Shown here piece after piece: positions 12,805-25,099 of a DNA stretch of 64,000 nt. The notes below the pieces were generated by a model. The model ran no database searches. It was not told the origin of the DNA and saw nothing but the letters and a program-made list of their open reading frames with translations. Origin of the DNA: Mobula hypostoma (taxonomy: Eukaryota). The stretch spans positions 34,598,001 through 34,662,000 of the forward strand of contig NC_086108.1 in assembly GCF_963921235.1 (NCBI RefSeq), written 5' to 3'. Both the position numbers and the translations under genes were made by a program. Within the stretch, counting starts at the first letter, position 1; each line of letters opens with the position of its first letter.

Positions 12805-13198
12805 AGAGACGCCAGGATGGTGTGTTACAAGGATGATGTGTTACCAGGGTCCAGGATGTCTCAGAACAGTTGCCTTATATTCTGAAGAGGGAGCGTGAGC
12901 AGCTAGAGGTCTTGGTGCACATTGGCACCAATGACATAGTTAGAAAGGCAGAAGAAGACCTATACAATGAGCAGGAACTCCAAGGTAGTAATCTAGATGA
13001 CTCCCACTGTCTCATGCTAGTCAAGGCTGGAATAGGATGATAGTACAGATGTAGGAGTTGCTAAGAATCTGGTGCAGGGGCAGGGTTTCATATTTTTGGA
13101 TCATTAGGATCTCTTATGGGGGAGATATGACCTGTGCAAAAGGATAGGTTACATTTGAACCTGAGGAGGACCAATATCCTCCCAGGTAGGTTTGCTCG
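12805..13198 (+). pseudogene. CR1 ORF1 (SGNH esterase-like) remnant
   Basis: Segments translate as RVQDVSEQL..ILKREREQLEVLVHIGTNDI, WCRGQGFIFLDH and DRLHLNLRRTNILPGRFA, typical of the CR1 ORF1 esterase. Contains stops and frameshifts. Confidence 0.75.
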
Positions 13199-13395
13199 CT
13201 GAATTTATAACATTTGTCATTGGTTGTATCAGTAAAGTTGGGCGAGAGGTGGCAGTGTTTTGTCTTTCCTAGTCAGCATCACATGAATGCATCATGGTAT
13301 GGGGGGGGGGTATCGCTTTCATCTGATGGTGCAGTACCATGTTATAGTTTTAAGGGCCCAACTGGAAATGGCCAATTCTGCCTGGATGTACAATA

Positions 13396-13400
<5 letters not shown>

Positions 13401-13446
<46 letters not shown>
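13401..13446. repeat. (GT)n(GC)n microsatellite
   Basis: Direct reading of the sequence. Confidence 0.95.
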
Positions 13447-14849
13447 CACGCACAAGTGCATATTTTAAATGGAATTAAGATGACAATCACAAAGTAGTGT
13501 TTATTTCCCATCATTATTTATGCTGGGGACATTGTTTGTAGTTGGCACCGGAGTTCATGTACAAACCAGGCTGGGAAGGGGCAGCAGGTTTTCACTTCGC
13601 CCTTGAGGAGATTATATGAACCCATTTTTTTTGCATGGGTGAATAAGCATCTGTCTGTTTGTCTGCCTAGCTATATCAGTGTTCACTCTGGCAATAGGTG
13701 CCTTGTTTTTGTAAGAGCATGGAGCTGTGTCATATTGCACACTGTGAAATTTCGCTGCTGAGCCATGCTTTGTGGCTACAAGTTTTAGTAATTAAATAAA
13801 GGCTGTCTTACGTCGATCCAGGTTTCATTATTTAGTGAAAAATGTGCAAAGTGAAGTCAAACAGAACCAAGTTATCCTTCCAACTTTTTATCTGAACCCA
13901 GGATATAGTGTTTAGCTCTCTATATGTGGTCCAGCATAAAGTTTTGTTGCTGCGTTTTATTAAGGTACAGTACTCTGAACAGTGGAGGGATTTCAGGTAA
14001 AGGGAAAGAACAGACAATTGAGCCAGTTCAGACAATTGATCATTGATCAATCATGATTCCTTCTTACCTCTTGATACCTTATGATAAATTGATCAGCCTC
14101 ACAAACTTTGATGAAGTTATTATCAAGAGAGTCTAGGCAAGGAGATTCCATTTTTGCGATAAATGCTCCAGAATGGCTAGGCTTTGATGTTTTCAATGTG
14201 ATTTCCTTCGCCTCTAATCCCCATTCTCCAAGAGCGGAACAGATTGCTATTGACCAATGGTATTAAATCCGTTCATAGTTTCAAACACCTTGAAGATGTG
14301 ATAACCTGATAACGTACACAATATCATTCCAAATTCCTGTAACTTCCTTTATCTGTAGATATCAGAACTGGCTGTTTCTGCAATGAGAAATCCTTCTGTG
14401 ATGGTGGTTGTATATCACCAACACGTGCCCCCCCCCCCACCACCATCAGTACACCCTGACCAGCTATTTAGAGTGCATCTCTCTTTTTTGTTATCTGCTA
14501 ACTCCTCCCCTCAATAACTCAACTCCACCCCCGAGTAATCCCTCCCTCCACCCTTCACAGTTATTCCCTGACAACCCCCTCCCACCTCCTCCTCTGCAGC
14601 TGAAAACTGCCACTGTACACAAGTTCATTGTCATGGTCGAACACACGTGGTATAAATGCCACAAACATTGGTTTACTGTAGCAGCAGCAAAGCACACTGC
14701 AACCATAACAAATATAAATTGCATGTGCTTAAATCAATATAAGTTATACTTAACTCACATGACAAAATAAACAAAAATAAACATGATGATAGTAGTGCAA
14801 ATTGAGGGAAATACGTATAGTCTGAGCTGGTGTTATTTTAAAAAAAAAT

Positions 14850-15140
14850 CCCAATTCAATAACCTAACTGGAATGGGAAAGAAGTGGTTATTGAAACTTG
14901 AAGTTTGGTCTTCAGGCTCCTTTACCTCATGCCTGATTGTAGCATTGAGAAGAGGGCATGGACTGCTGGTGGGGCTCCTTAATGATGGATGTCACTTTCC
15001 TGAGATGTGCTCTTGCAGATCTCCTTGATGATGAGATAATCTGTGTCCTTTAGGATCTGGGCTTGAGTCCGCCACTCTCTGTGGTCTCTTCCATTCCGAT
15101 TGATTGAAGTTTCCATATCAGGCCTTAATGCAGCCAGTTA
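14850..15140 (-). mobile_element. Rex1/Babar-type LINE 3' fragment (old)
   Basis: gagggcatggactgctggtggggctccttaatgatggatg is the reverse of the ASIIKDPHHPGHAL-coding motif seen at 17370-17420. Confidence 0.55.
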
Positions 15141-15435
15141 AGTCAGAGGTTCATTGACTTGACATGTCAACTGTTTCCCTCTACAAATGCTGCTGGACCT
15201 GCTGACTGTTTGCGGATTTTCTGGTTTTGTTTCAGATTTTCATCATCTATGTTTTTTCAGTTTTCATTCTGTTAAATCTGTTTGAGTCTGTACTGCTCTA
15301 TGACTCTAAAGCTCAGGCTAATCGAGCTGAGCAGTGCCATACCAATAACCACTTACTCAATGTCAGCAAGGTCAAGGAGCTGATTATTGACCAGGAGAAG
15401 GAAACCAGAGGTCCATAAGCCAGTCTTCTTTGGAG

Positions 15436-16337
15436 TGTTACGTACCCCTTAACTGGGTTGCCAAACCAGCAGAAATGGATCACTCAGTTGGAGTCTGGAT
15501 TACTAGAACTCAGAAAGTTTTATTAAAGAAACAAGCAACACAGTATTCTAATCAAAAGTATAATAAATGCAACAGTTCAGCAATGATAAACACACATGTA
15601 CACAGAATTAAGATAACAGGATCAATCAAGCTCTATCGTTGTCTAGGGGTAAATGACCAGTTTCAAAGTGACGCAAAGTTCAGTTCAATTTAGTTCAGTT
15701 CAGTTCGCAGTAATCGCTGCCGTGGGAGATGGACAGTGGGGGGAAGGAGAGAGAGAGCAAAACGAATGAATATTCAAACGGCTTCCACACAGACCTTCGA
15801 TATTCTTCGCAGTCAGCTTTCGGGCGAGCCCTTTGTGATGTCATCTGAGGTCACCGACCGTGACCCCCTCCGTTTCCCGATACGATCGTTTCTCTGCGGT
15901 GAACCTGGCACCCAGGCAAGGGTGGACACACACCAGGTTCCCGCCGATCGTGCCTTTCCACCCTGTGCGTCTATGGCCTGGTCCCACAACCGGCCTTCCA
16001 AAACTTCCCACCGACTTGTGGGAGACGCACCGCTTCCAGGGTCTCGTTACCTCGTGGTGTCGTGTGTGTCTTGCCTTAGCGAACCTGTCCCTTTTTATCC
16101 CCCCGCTGGGGTATCGCCTGTCCATCACTTCAAACAGTTCAGGGTTCAAAGGGGGAGCCGATCTTCACAGCTCTCCTTCCGTTACTCTCTCCCGTCCCTT
16201 CATTAACATCTCCAAATACTGCTCCATTGTTTTCCTTATCTCTCTTTCTCCTGAAGACAGGTGGCAGACCAACTGCTGATCCCACTGGTGCCAGCCCAGG
16301 CCAGCTAACATCTTAATTTATGTGTATTCTCGTCACA
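15436..16337 (-). mobile_element. Solo LTR, 902 bp (Gypsy- or ERV-type)
   Basis: GGAG|TGTTACG...CGTCACA|GGAG: TG..CA termini, short terminal inverted repeat and a perfect 4-bp TSD. AATAAA on the minus strand near 15520. CpG-rich. Confidence 0.85.
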
Positions 16338-16368
16338 GGAGGATCGGAGGTGGAGAGGATCAGCTTTA

Positions 16369-17058
16369 AATTAGATTAGGTTGTATTATGAGGTCACACA
16401 GTCCTCATTTATTGTCATTTAGTAATGCATGCATTAAGAAATGATACAATGTTCCTCCAGTATGATGTCACAGAAACACAAGACAGACCAAGACTAAAAA
16501 AACTGACAAAAACCACATAATTATAACATATAGTTACAACAGTGCAAAGCAATACCGTAATTTGATAAAGAGCAGACCATAGGCACGGTAAAAACAGGTC
16601 TCAAAGTCTCAAAAGTCCCATCATCTCACGCAGATGGTAGAAGGAAGACAACTCTCTTCCTGCCATGAACCTCCAGTGCCGCAAACTTGCCAATGCAGCA
16701 CCCTGGAAGCACCTGACCACAGCTGACTCTTGAGTCCATCTGCTAAACTTCGAGCCTACAACCAGCCCTCTGACACTGAGCACCATCTCTGCCAAATGCT
16801 TCGACCCTGGCCCCGGCCCTGGTCGCCAAGCCACAGGCAAAGACAAGGATTCGGGGCCTTCCCCTCCGGAGATTCTCGATTGCACAGTAGCAACGGCCGC
16901 GAAGCGGGCATTCCAGAAGTTGCTCCAGATGTTCCTCTGTGCTTCTCACGTCCGTCTCCATCAAGTCAGGATTGTGCACGGCATCCTACTTGACAAATAC
17001 AGATATCATTCACCGGAGAGGCCACACGCACTGTGTTGTGCCGCCATCTTCTCCTGCC
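16369..17058 (-). mobile_element. ~690-bp non-autonomous retroposon with (TCTAA)n tail (copy 1)
   Basis: Colinear with 35581-36214. Minus-strand 5' end gagaagatggcggc; 3' end AATAAA-like signal followed by tctaa. Confidence 0.8.
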
Positions 17059-18416
17059 TGAAATTCCTTGGTTTATTATTTTCAGACAACCTGTCCTGGG
17101 CCCAGCACGTAAGTGCAATTATGAAAAAAGCACAGCAATACCTCGGCTTCCTTAGGAGTTTGCAAAGATTTGGCATGAGAAGTAAAACTTTGACAAACTT
17201 CAAAAGATGTGTAGTGGAGAATATATTGACTGACTGCATCACAACCTGGTATGGAAACACCAACGCCCTTGAAATGATAATCCTACAAAAGTGGTGGATA
17301 CAGCCCAGCCAATTATGGGTAAAGCCTTCTCACCACTGAGCACATCCTACAAGAAATGCTGTCACAGGAGATCAACATCTGTCATCGAGGACCCTCACCA
17401 CCTGGGACATGCTCTTTTCTCACTGCTGCCATCAGAAAGAAGATACAGGAGCCTCAGGACTCACACCACCAGGTTCAGAAACAGTTATTATTCCTCAACC
17501 ATCAGGTTTCTTGAACCAATGGGGATAACTTTACTCAACTTCACCTGCCCCATCATAGAAATGTTCCCACAAACAGTGAATTCACTTTCAAGGACTTTTC
17601 ATCTCATGTTCTCAACATTTATTGCTTATTTATTTATTAATTATTTTTGTGTCTTTTATTGTATTTGTACAGTTTGTTGTCATTTGCACACTGGTTGAAC
17701 GCCGAAGGGGTGGTCTTTCACTGAGTCTGTTATGATTATTATTCTAAAGATTCATTGAGTATGCCCACAAGAAAATTAATCTCAGGATTGTATATGGTAA
17801 CACATATGTATTCTGATAGTAAATTTACTTTGAACTTTGATTACGTTTTGGAGTAATAGAATACTACAGCTTGGGCACAGATCCTTTGGCCCGGCTCATC
17901 TATGCTATCCAAGAAACCAAAATGAACTCATGTTTGGACCATTTCTCTCCAAACATTTTTCCTATCCATGTACCTGTCCAAGTGTATTTTAAATGTTATT
18001 ATTGTACATGCCTCAACCACTTCCTCTGGAAGCTCATTCCATATATGCACTTCCTTCTGCGTTAAGAAGCTGTCCCTCTGGTCTATTGTAAATCTTTCCC
18101 CTCTCACCTTAAAACTATGCCCTCTCATTTTAGATTCCCTTTCCCTGAGAAAAAGACTGTGTGCATTCCCCTTATCTATGCTCCTTATGATTTTACACAG
18201 CGCTAAGAATGCCCTTCATCTCCTATACTCCCAACGAAAACATCCTAGCTAGTCAACCTCTCCCTATAACTCAGGCCCTCAAGTCCTGAAAATATCCTTA
18301 TCGATCATCTTTGCATCTTTCCAGCTGAATAAAATCTTTCCTTTCCTACAGCAGGGTAAGCAAAGCTGTGTACAATATTCCAGGAGCAGCTTCACTAATA
18401 TTTTGTAGAACTACAG

Positions 18417-19164
18417 CAGGGGTCCCCAACCTTTTTTGCACCGCAGACTGGTTTAATATTGACAATATTCTTGCAGACCAGCTGACCGGGGTGGGGTGGT
18501 ATTCAAGTAGGGTTAAACTCACCTCAACATGCCTTTTACAGTTAGGGTTGCCAACTTTCTCACTCCCAAATAAGGGACAAAAGTAGCAGTCAAATCCTAG
18601 GACACTTTACCCAAGGAAAGACTCCCATGACCATGAAGCCTTGCGTGGGCACCTGTGTGTGCATGCGTGACATGTGCATGTGATGTGCGTATGCGCGTAT
18701 GTGGTGATTTTCTTTTCCCCCACAAATCGGTTTTGCCTTCATCTTCCTGAGTATACTGTACATATCAAATCATTCCTGCTTTTACTATATGTTAGTGTTA
18801 TTTACTTTCAGTTTTATGTGTTATTTGGTATGATTTGTTAGGTCATTTTTTGGGTTTGGGAACGCTCAAAAATTTTTCCCATATAAATTAATGGAAATTG
18901 CTTCTTCGCTTCACACCATTTCGGCACAAACGGTTTCATAGGAACGCTCTACTTTAGCGGGGGGAAATACGGGACAAACCAATTTAGCACACTATACCAG
19001 ATGTCCTGGCAAATACGGGACAGTTGGCAACCCTATGTTCAAGTTCAACAGTGCGTGACAGGGAATGAGGAAAGGTGCAGCTGACTCATATCCTTTCCTC
19101 ACGGCCCGGTAACACATGCTTTGTGGCCCGTACTGGTCCGCGGCCCAGTGGTTGGGGACCGCTG
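18417..19164. mobile_element. Composite non-autonomous hAT (Charlie-type ends), 748 bp
   Basis: AACTACAG|CAGGGGTCCCCAACC...GGTTGGGGACCGCTG|AACTACAG: TIRs with a perfect 8-bp TSD. Confidence 0.92.
18508..19035 (-). mobile_element. Nested hAT MITE (TAGGGTTGCCAAC ends) carrying a Tigger end fragment
   Basis: Reverse-complement homolog of 55959-56516. Flanked by tattcaag/tgttcaag, an 8-bp TSD with 1 mismatch. Confidence 0.8.
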
Positions 19165-20739
19165 AACTACAGCATAGCACCCAAGCACCTCTAGTCAATG
19201 CTCTGACTGCAGGCTAGCATGCCAACTGCCTTCTTCACCATCAACTTTCAGGGACCCATGTACTTGTACTCCTCAGTACTATTGTTCTGCAACACTCCCC
19301 AGGACCAAAATAATTCACTGTAAAAGCCTTACTCTGGTTCGACATCCGAAAATATACCTCACACTTAACTGTTTTGAACACCATTTGCCATTCCTGAGCG
19401 TAGTTACCCTGCTAGTCAAGATATCCTTGTAATTTTTGATGACCTCCTTCGCTGTGTATGACACCTACTTTTCCTGAGGCCCAGTACTGAAAACCAGCGG
19501 TTGTATCCAGAGGAGCTCTGGCCAAAGTTGTCTACACTGGAAACGTGATCAGTTCCCCCATTATGTTAAAGCTTCTTAAAAGGTGCAAAGGTTTCTTTAA
19601 TTAAAATAAAAAGTGCTGGAACTATTCAGCAGGTTAGGGTAGAGACTGAGAGAAAATAAAGGAAAGAGCAGATAGCAAAGGATTGTTAATTGCAATTGAT
19701 CTGTATGAAGGAAGTGTAAATAGAGGGAAATGTTTGGGAACAGCTTTCCATTGCACTTATGCAACATCTTCCCACCATCCAGGAATCCAAACTGTCCTCC
19801 TCAGTTGAAGCACTAACTCACTTCCAGCTCAGAATCATGTAGTCAATGTTCATGCAGTTTCTTACCCATGGGGTGGTGTTTGTAAAGCAGTCACTCAGTG
19901 CGGTTTGCATGGCTGTTTGATAGAACCCTGCTGCTCCATCTGCAAGGATGACCCTCAGCACCCAGTGGCCTGTCACATCAATTTTCCACCCCTTTTCAGA
20001 CTGACATCCATCTGCTCTTGCATTCTTCCAACAAGCTGGCAATAAATTGAACGCATTACTCTTTATATTCCATATTCCACCTACTGCCTTGGGATTCAAC
20101 ATTGAATTCAACCATTCCACAAAACCAGCATTTCCAGTCTTCTCTTTGTGTTCCACTGTGTTCTAAATCTCACAGCTCCAGCATCATACTGTTTTTTTTT
20201 TGTCATGTGCCCTCCTTCATCTTCTTCTACTTCCATCCCCTTCCAACAGATCCACTGCAGTTACCGGAACATCATCGCCATCCCTCAGTCAGCGCCAGTT
20301 GTTTCTTTATCCACTGGTGCTAACTTCAGTGTCTTCAGCATTTTCTGATTTTATTTCATAACACTTGAACAGTCTTTTTTTCTTTTGGTCGCCAGGGTTC
20401 CATCTGCTGATCCCATCTGCATGTTACTTTAACAAGAATATCAAAACCCCTTTCCTATTCACAAGTTCATCTATTGTTGACATTCACTATTGGGGAAACA
20501 TCGTTATTTTTCTGCTGAAGGACCTCTGCCCACAACAACATCTGTACTTTTTTCCATGGATGCTGACTGGCCAGCATTTTGTGTGTGATGCTTGGATTTC
20601 CAGCATCTGCAGATTTTCTCTTGTTTGTGATTGTTATTTTCCTGTCATGTATCCAAACTTTGGTTCCCTATCCATTACCACTTTTATATCCATCTGCTGT
20701 ATGGTTGTCTACAATCCATTTCCCTTCATAATGATGAGA

Positions 20740-21650
20740 AAGTCTGCTGTTGCTAGAAATCCAAAACAACACGCACAAAATGCTGGAGGAACTCAGCAGG
20801 CCAGGCAGCATCTATGGAAAAGAGTAAACAGTTGAAGTTTTGGGCCAAGACCCCTCAGCAGGACTGGAACAAAAGATGAGAAGTTAGATCAAGAAGAGGT
20901 AAAAAGCCAGAGTGGGAATAGAGGGAAAAAAAGGGGAGGGGAACTTCTTTTTACTGGAAGGAGAAATCAATATTCATGCCATCAGGTTGCAGGTACCCGG
21001 ATGGAAAATAAAGTGTTGCTCTTCTATCCTGAGGGTGGCCTCATCTTGGTACAAGTAGAGGCCATGGACTGACATGTCAGAATGGGAATGGGAATTGGAA
21101 TTAAAATGTTTGGCCACCAGGAAGTTCACTTTTGGTGGATGGTGTGGAGATGCTCGATGAAGTGGTCCCTCAATTTATGTTCCCTCCATGATTCCCTTGT
21201 CCATTTATCCCTTCCCCACTAATATCCCTCCTGGCACTTATCCTTGCAAGCAACCTAAGTGCTACACCTGCCCATTCACTTCCTTCCTCACCTCCATTCA
21301 GTGCCCCAAATAGTCCTTCCAGGTGAGGCAACACTTCACCTTTGAATCTACTTAGGTTGTCCATTGTGCTTGGTGCTCCCAATGCGAACTCCTCTACATT
21401 CTGAGACACGTCGTAAGTTGGGGGACCACTTCATCAAGCACCTCTGCTCCATCCTCCAAAAATGGAACTTCCCACTCCCCAGGTTTCACCTATCACCTTC
21501 CAGCTAGTCTCTTTCCCCTCCCCACACCCTCTTATTCTCGAGTCTTGCCCTTTCCTTTTCAGTCCTAAAGAAAGGTCTCGACCCAAAAGGTCAACAGTAC
21601 ATTCATTTCCATAGATGCTGGCTGACTTCCAGCATTTTGTGTGTGTGCTG
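20740..21650 (+). mobile_element. Penelope-like element: inverted 3' segment plus GIY-YIG endonuclease remnant and terminal repeat
   Basis: 21230-21450 translates GTYPCKQPKCYTC...SFQVRQHFT.ES..VVHC.WCSQCELLYI..RKLGDHFIKHL (GIY-YIG). 20740-21170 is the family's 3' region in inverted orientation. Hammerhead relics at 20830-20866(-) and 21561-21596(+). Confidence 0.85.
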
Positions 21651-22899
21651 CTTTAATCTATGCAATTTACCAGTGTACACAAGACAAAGGTATAGTAAAA
21701 CTCTGGCAGGCTTTGGATTACAATGTGGCAGGATAGAAGATTTTAAAAACTATTGAATGCTATTTCTATCAGTACCCCAACATAATTCACTTTTTTTATA
21801 AGTTACACAATATTATCATAAATTTTCCATCTAAGTTTAAATGGAGTGTGTGGAGCTGGAACCTGCTGAGCTGGATGTAAACACAAGAACCAGGTCCCCA
21901 ATGAGTAGAAAGTGAGGGTGACAAACATCACTTGGTGAGCCAGATGCTGAACCACTGGAATTTTGGAATAACATATGAATATGACAGTAGAAAATCAAAG
22001 CTCTAGTTGGATCACATTCACAGCACTTTGAGCAGTTCTAGGCATCAGATCATTAAACATTGATGGTACAACATGTTGGGTGATATATTACTTTTGAAAT
22101 ATGAGAGTTTCTGCCTCCCCTACAGTTATGAGCAAAGAATACCAGGCCATCACTCTATGTATTCAAAGAACTCCTCTTCGAGTTTCTAATCTTTCTATTT
22201 ATTAAATCTATATTCTCCTTTTATCATCTCCCTGCCAAGATAACTGGCAATATTTAGCCAACTCTCTAATAGAGATGAGCTCAATCTCCCTTCAACTTTC
22301 TTTCTTTTAAAGAATGAGCCCAACCTAGCCGTGTCTTTTCTCAGCTAAGTTTCCCCAACCTTGGCAATGTCCCAATAAATCCCTTCCCAAAAAGGCACAT
22401 GATTTGTGTTAACAGTTTCTTAAATTTGAGATTATTTTTGTTAAATAAAGACATCAAACATAAGTATTAGTTAGCATAAACATCATTCATAACAGAACGG
22501 GGTTGAGAGGCTTAGTAGAAATGGAACTATAGTCCCATAATTTTCCCTCAACAGCTCTCTGGGCAATGAATTCCTCACATTCACCAACCCCCTCTGAAGA
22601 AATTCCTCCTCACTGCTGTTCTAAAGGGATGTCTTTCCATTCTATGGTTCTTGCCACTGGTCCTAAACTCTCCCACTATAGGTAACATCCACTCTGTGTT
22701 CATTCTCTCCAGGCCTTGCAATATCCAGCAAATTCAATGAGATTTACCTCCACCCCACTTCCCTCTCATCCTTCTCAATCCCATCAAGTACTGTATAATC
22801 CCACAGCCATTCTCATACATTATTTTTTGTTCTTCGGATTGTTCTTGCAAACCTCTTCTGCACCAGCACATTATTCCTTGGGAATAGGGGATCCAAATG

Positions 22900-23130
22900 T
22901 GTAAGGAATTTGTATGTTTTCCCCGTGACTGCATGTGTTTCCACCGGATGCTCCTCCCACTGTCTGAAGACATACCAGTTGGTAGGTTAATTGGTCTTTT
23001 ATGAGGATCTTTGATAGGTACATGGAGCTTAGTAAAACAGAGGGCTATGCGGTAGGCAGTTTCTACAGTAGGTTACATGGTCGGCGCAACATTGTGGGCT
23101 GAAGGGCCTGTATTGTGCTGTAGATTTCTG
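22900..23130 (+). mobile_element. V-SINE body followed by a CR1-like tail
   Basis: gtttccaccggatgctcctcccactgtctgaagac V-domain, followed by tgtgggctgaagggcctgtattgtgctgtag. Confidence 0.6.
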
Positions 23131-23764
23131 TTACAGGTCCTCTGGTGAGCTGTCATTGTTGCATTTTGCTTATTGTAACCTGGAAGGGATCCATTCAGTT
23201 GAAAGAGTCAATCTCCGTTCTCAGAGCAGTATCATACTCCCCAGTTATTTCCCAATCACCTGTTCTCCCTCCCATGCCCAACAACTCTCCCAGATTCTCC
23301 TGCACTTGTTCACATGTAGGGGTAATTTCTAACAGCTTAGGGACCTGCCAGCCAGCACTTACTTGGGATATGAGAGGAAACCACAGCACCCTGAGGAAAC
23401 CCTTGCTGTTACTGAAGAGACTGTGCAAATGCCACGTAACAGCGGAGGTGGGGATTGAACCTAGGTTACTGGAGCTGTAATGCATGGGGTCTCCTGGATA
23501 TACCCTCTTGCTGCGTTGTCTCCAGTCTCCCGACGAATTACTCACTCGTATCTCAAGGAGTGAGTGAGTGAGAGTCATTCAAAAAATGTTGAAAGGAACA
23601 AATAACAAGAAAATGCTTTCTTTTCCACAGTCTTGATTGCTGACCGATATCATGAAAGAACTTGTGAGCATTTATTCACAACTGTTGCAATGCTAATTAG
23701 CTTGAGAATTTCCTCTGCTTGTTATATTTACCGGTAAACCTTAGAGTAATTATTAGGGTCATTT

Positions 23765-24140
23765 TGCTGGAGTGGCGGATGCTGAAGGCAGGCCTGATAA
23801 AAGTTAATAATATTGTGAGAGGCTTAGACAGAGTAAACAATCAGGATCTTATTCTGAGGGTTGAAATGTCTAATGCTGGATGCCGTACATTTAAGGTGAG
23901 AGGGGGAATTTTAAAGGGGAGGTGTGGAGCAAGGTTTTATTTTACAGAGTGGTGGGTGCCCAGAATGCACTGCTGGGAATGATGGTGGAGCTAAATACAA
24001 TAGGGGCATTTATGAGGCACTGATGCTTGTGAATAAGAAGCAACTGGAGCATTATGAACCAAGGGCAGGCTGAAGGGATTAGATGTCATTAGCATAATTA
24101 ATTCAGCACAACATAGTGGGCCGAAGGGCCTGTTCCAACC
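23765..24140 (+). mobile_element. CR1 3' fragment
   Basis: LEWRMLKAGLIKV..IVRGLDRV...VEMSN..G.RTFKVRGG; ends gtgggccgaagggcctgttcc. Confidence 0.7.
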
Positions 24141-25099
24141 ACTAAATCTGACATTTGATGCCTTGTTTTTTAATTTATTTATTATCTGGGATTTGGGTAT
24201 TACCAGCAAAGTCAGCATGAACAAGCCTGAGGAGGTGATGGTGAGCTGATGCTGTGAACCGCTGCAGTTTTCAGAGAGGTTTACCACAGAAACAGGTCCT
24301 TGTGCCAAACCAGTACTGACTTTCAACCACACATCCTCACTAATCCTGCGTTAATCCTATTTAAAAAAAATTTCACCCCACATTCTCATCAACATCTCCC
24401 AGGTTCTGCCACTCGTCAACACTCTTTCTGGTGAAGATACGTCCACTGTCAGTGCCATTGGGTCAGTTCCTAGGCCCAGACCCAATGAAGGAATGGTGAT
24501 ATTTATACTAAACAAAATGGTGTCTGCCGTGGAGGGTAATCTGCCGATTACTACTGGACCTGTTGCCTTGGTCCTCCTGGTGGGTAAGGTCATGGAGTTT
24601 GGGAGGTGCTATCACAGTATGCTGGATAAGTGACTTTAATATGTTTTATGCATGGCACCCAGGACAGTCATAGTCTGCCAGAGGTGAGTGGAGTGTATGA
24701 TTAGGATGCTGGATAGGTTTCCATCTTTGATTCCTATTCCTCCATGCAGCTAGTGAGAGTGCTACATCATGACCCTAACTTGTCTCTTGGTGGAATGGGC
24801 TGGGATTGTCAGAATCTGAGTCATTTACCACGTGATACTCAACATCTCGATTTCTTTTTTTGTGTAGCCATGGTATTTATGTGGCTGATGCACTGAGTTT
24901 CTGGTCAGTGGTGACTCCAATATAGTCTGTATGCACAAGATGTACACTGATATCAAGTTATGTTAACTCCATAAAAGTGAAAGTGCCATCTCCAACAAGA
25001 GAGAGTTTAACCATCTGTCTTTGACTTTCATGGTGGCATTACCATATCGTCCACCATTAACAGACTGGTTGACTTATTTGCCACTATACCAGGCAGCTC

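Larger units (their letters stand above)
15320..17840 (+). mobile_element. Rex1/Babar-type LINE 3' half, interrupted by a solo LTR and a (TCTAA)n-tailed retroposon
   Basis: RT C-terminus is continuous across both inserts: NHLLNVSKVKELIID | FLGLLFSDNLSWAQHVSAIMKKAQQ..FLRSLQRFGM..TLTNF | DPHHLGHALFSLLPSERRYRSLRTHTTRFRNSYY. Tail aaatttactttgaactttga. Confidence 0.85.
17850..19470 (-). mobile_element. CR1 LINE 3' fragment split by a hAT MITE
   Basis: Minus ORF MRGHSFKVRGERF...WNELPEEVVEA.TI.TFKIHLDRYM is the CR1 ORF2 C-terminus. Homology resumes after 19164. Confidence 0.8.

Noticed and set aside
16920..17698. ORFs resembling the 'ALKBH8 N-terminal/DUF1891' domain often annotated in fish
   Set aside because: This is the RT C-terminus of a Rex1/Babar LINE, present in several frameshifted copies in this window.
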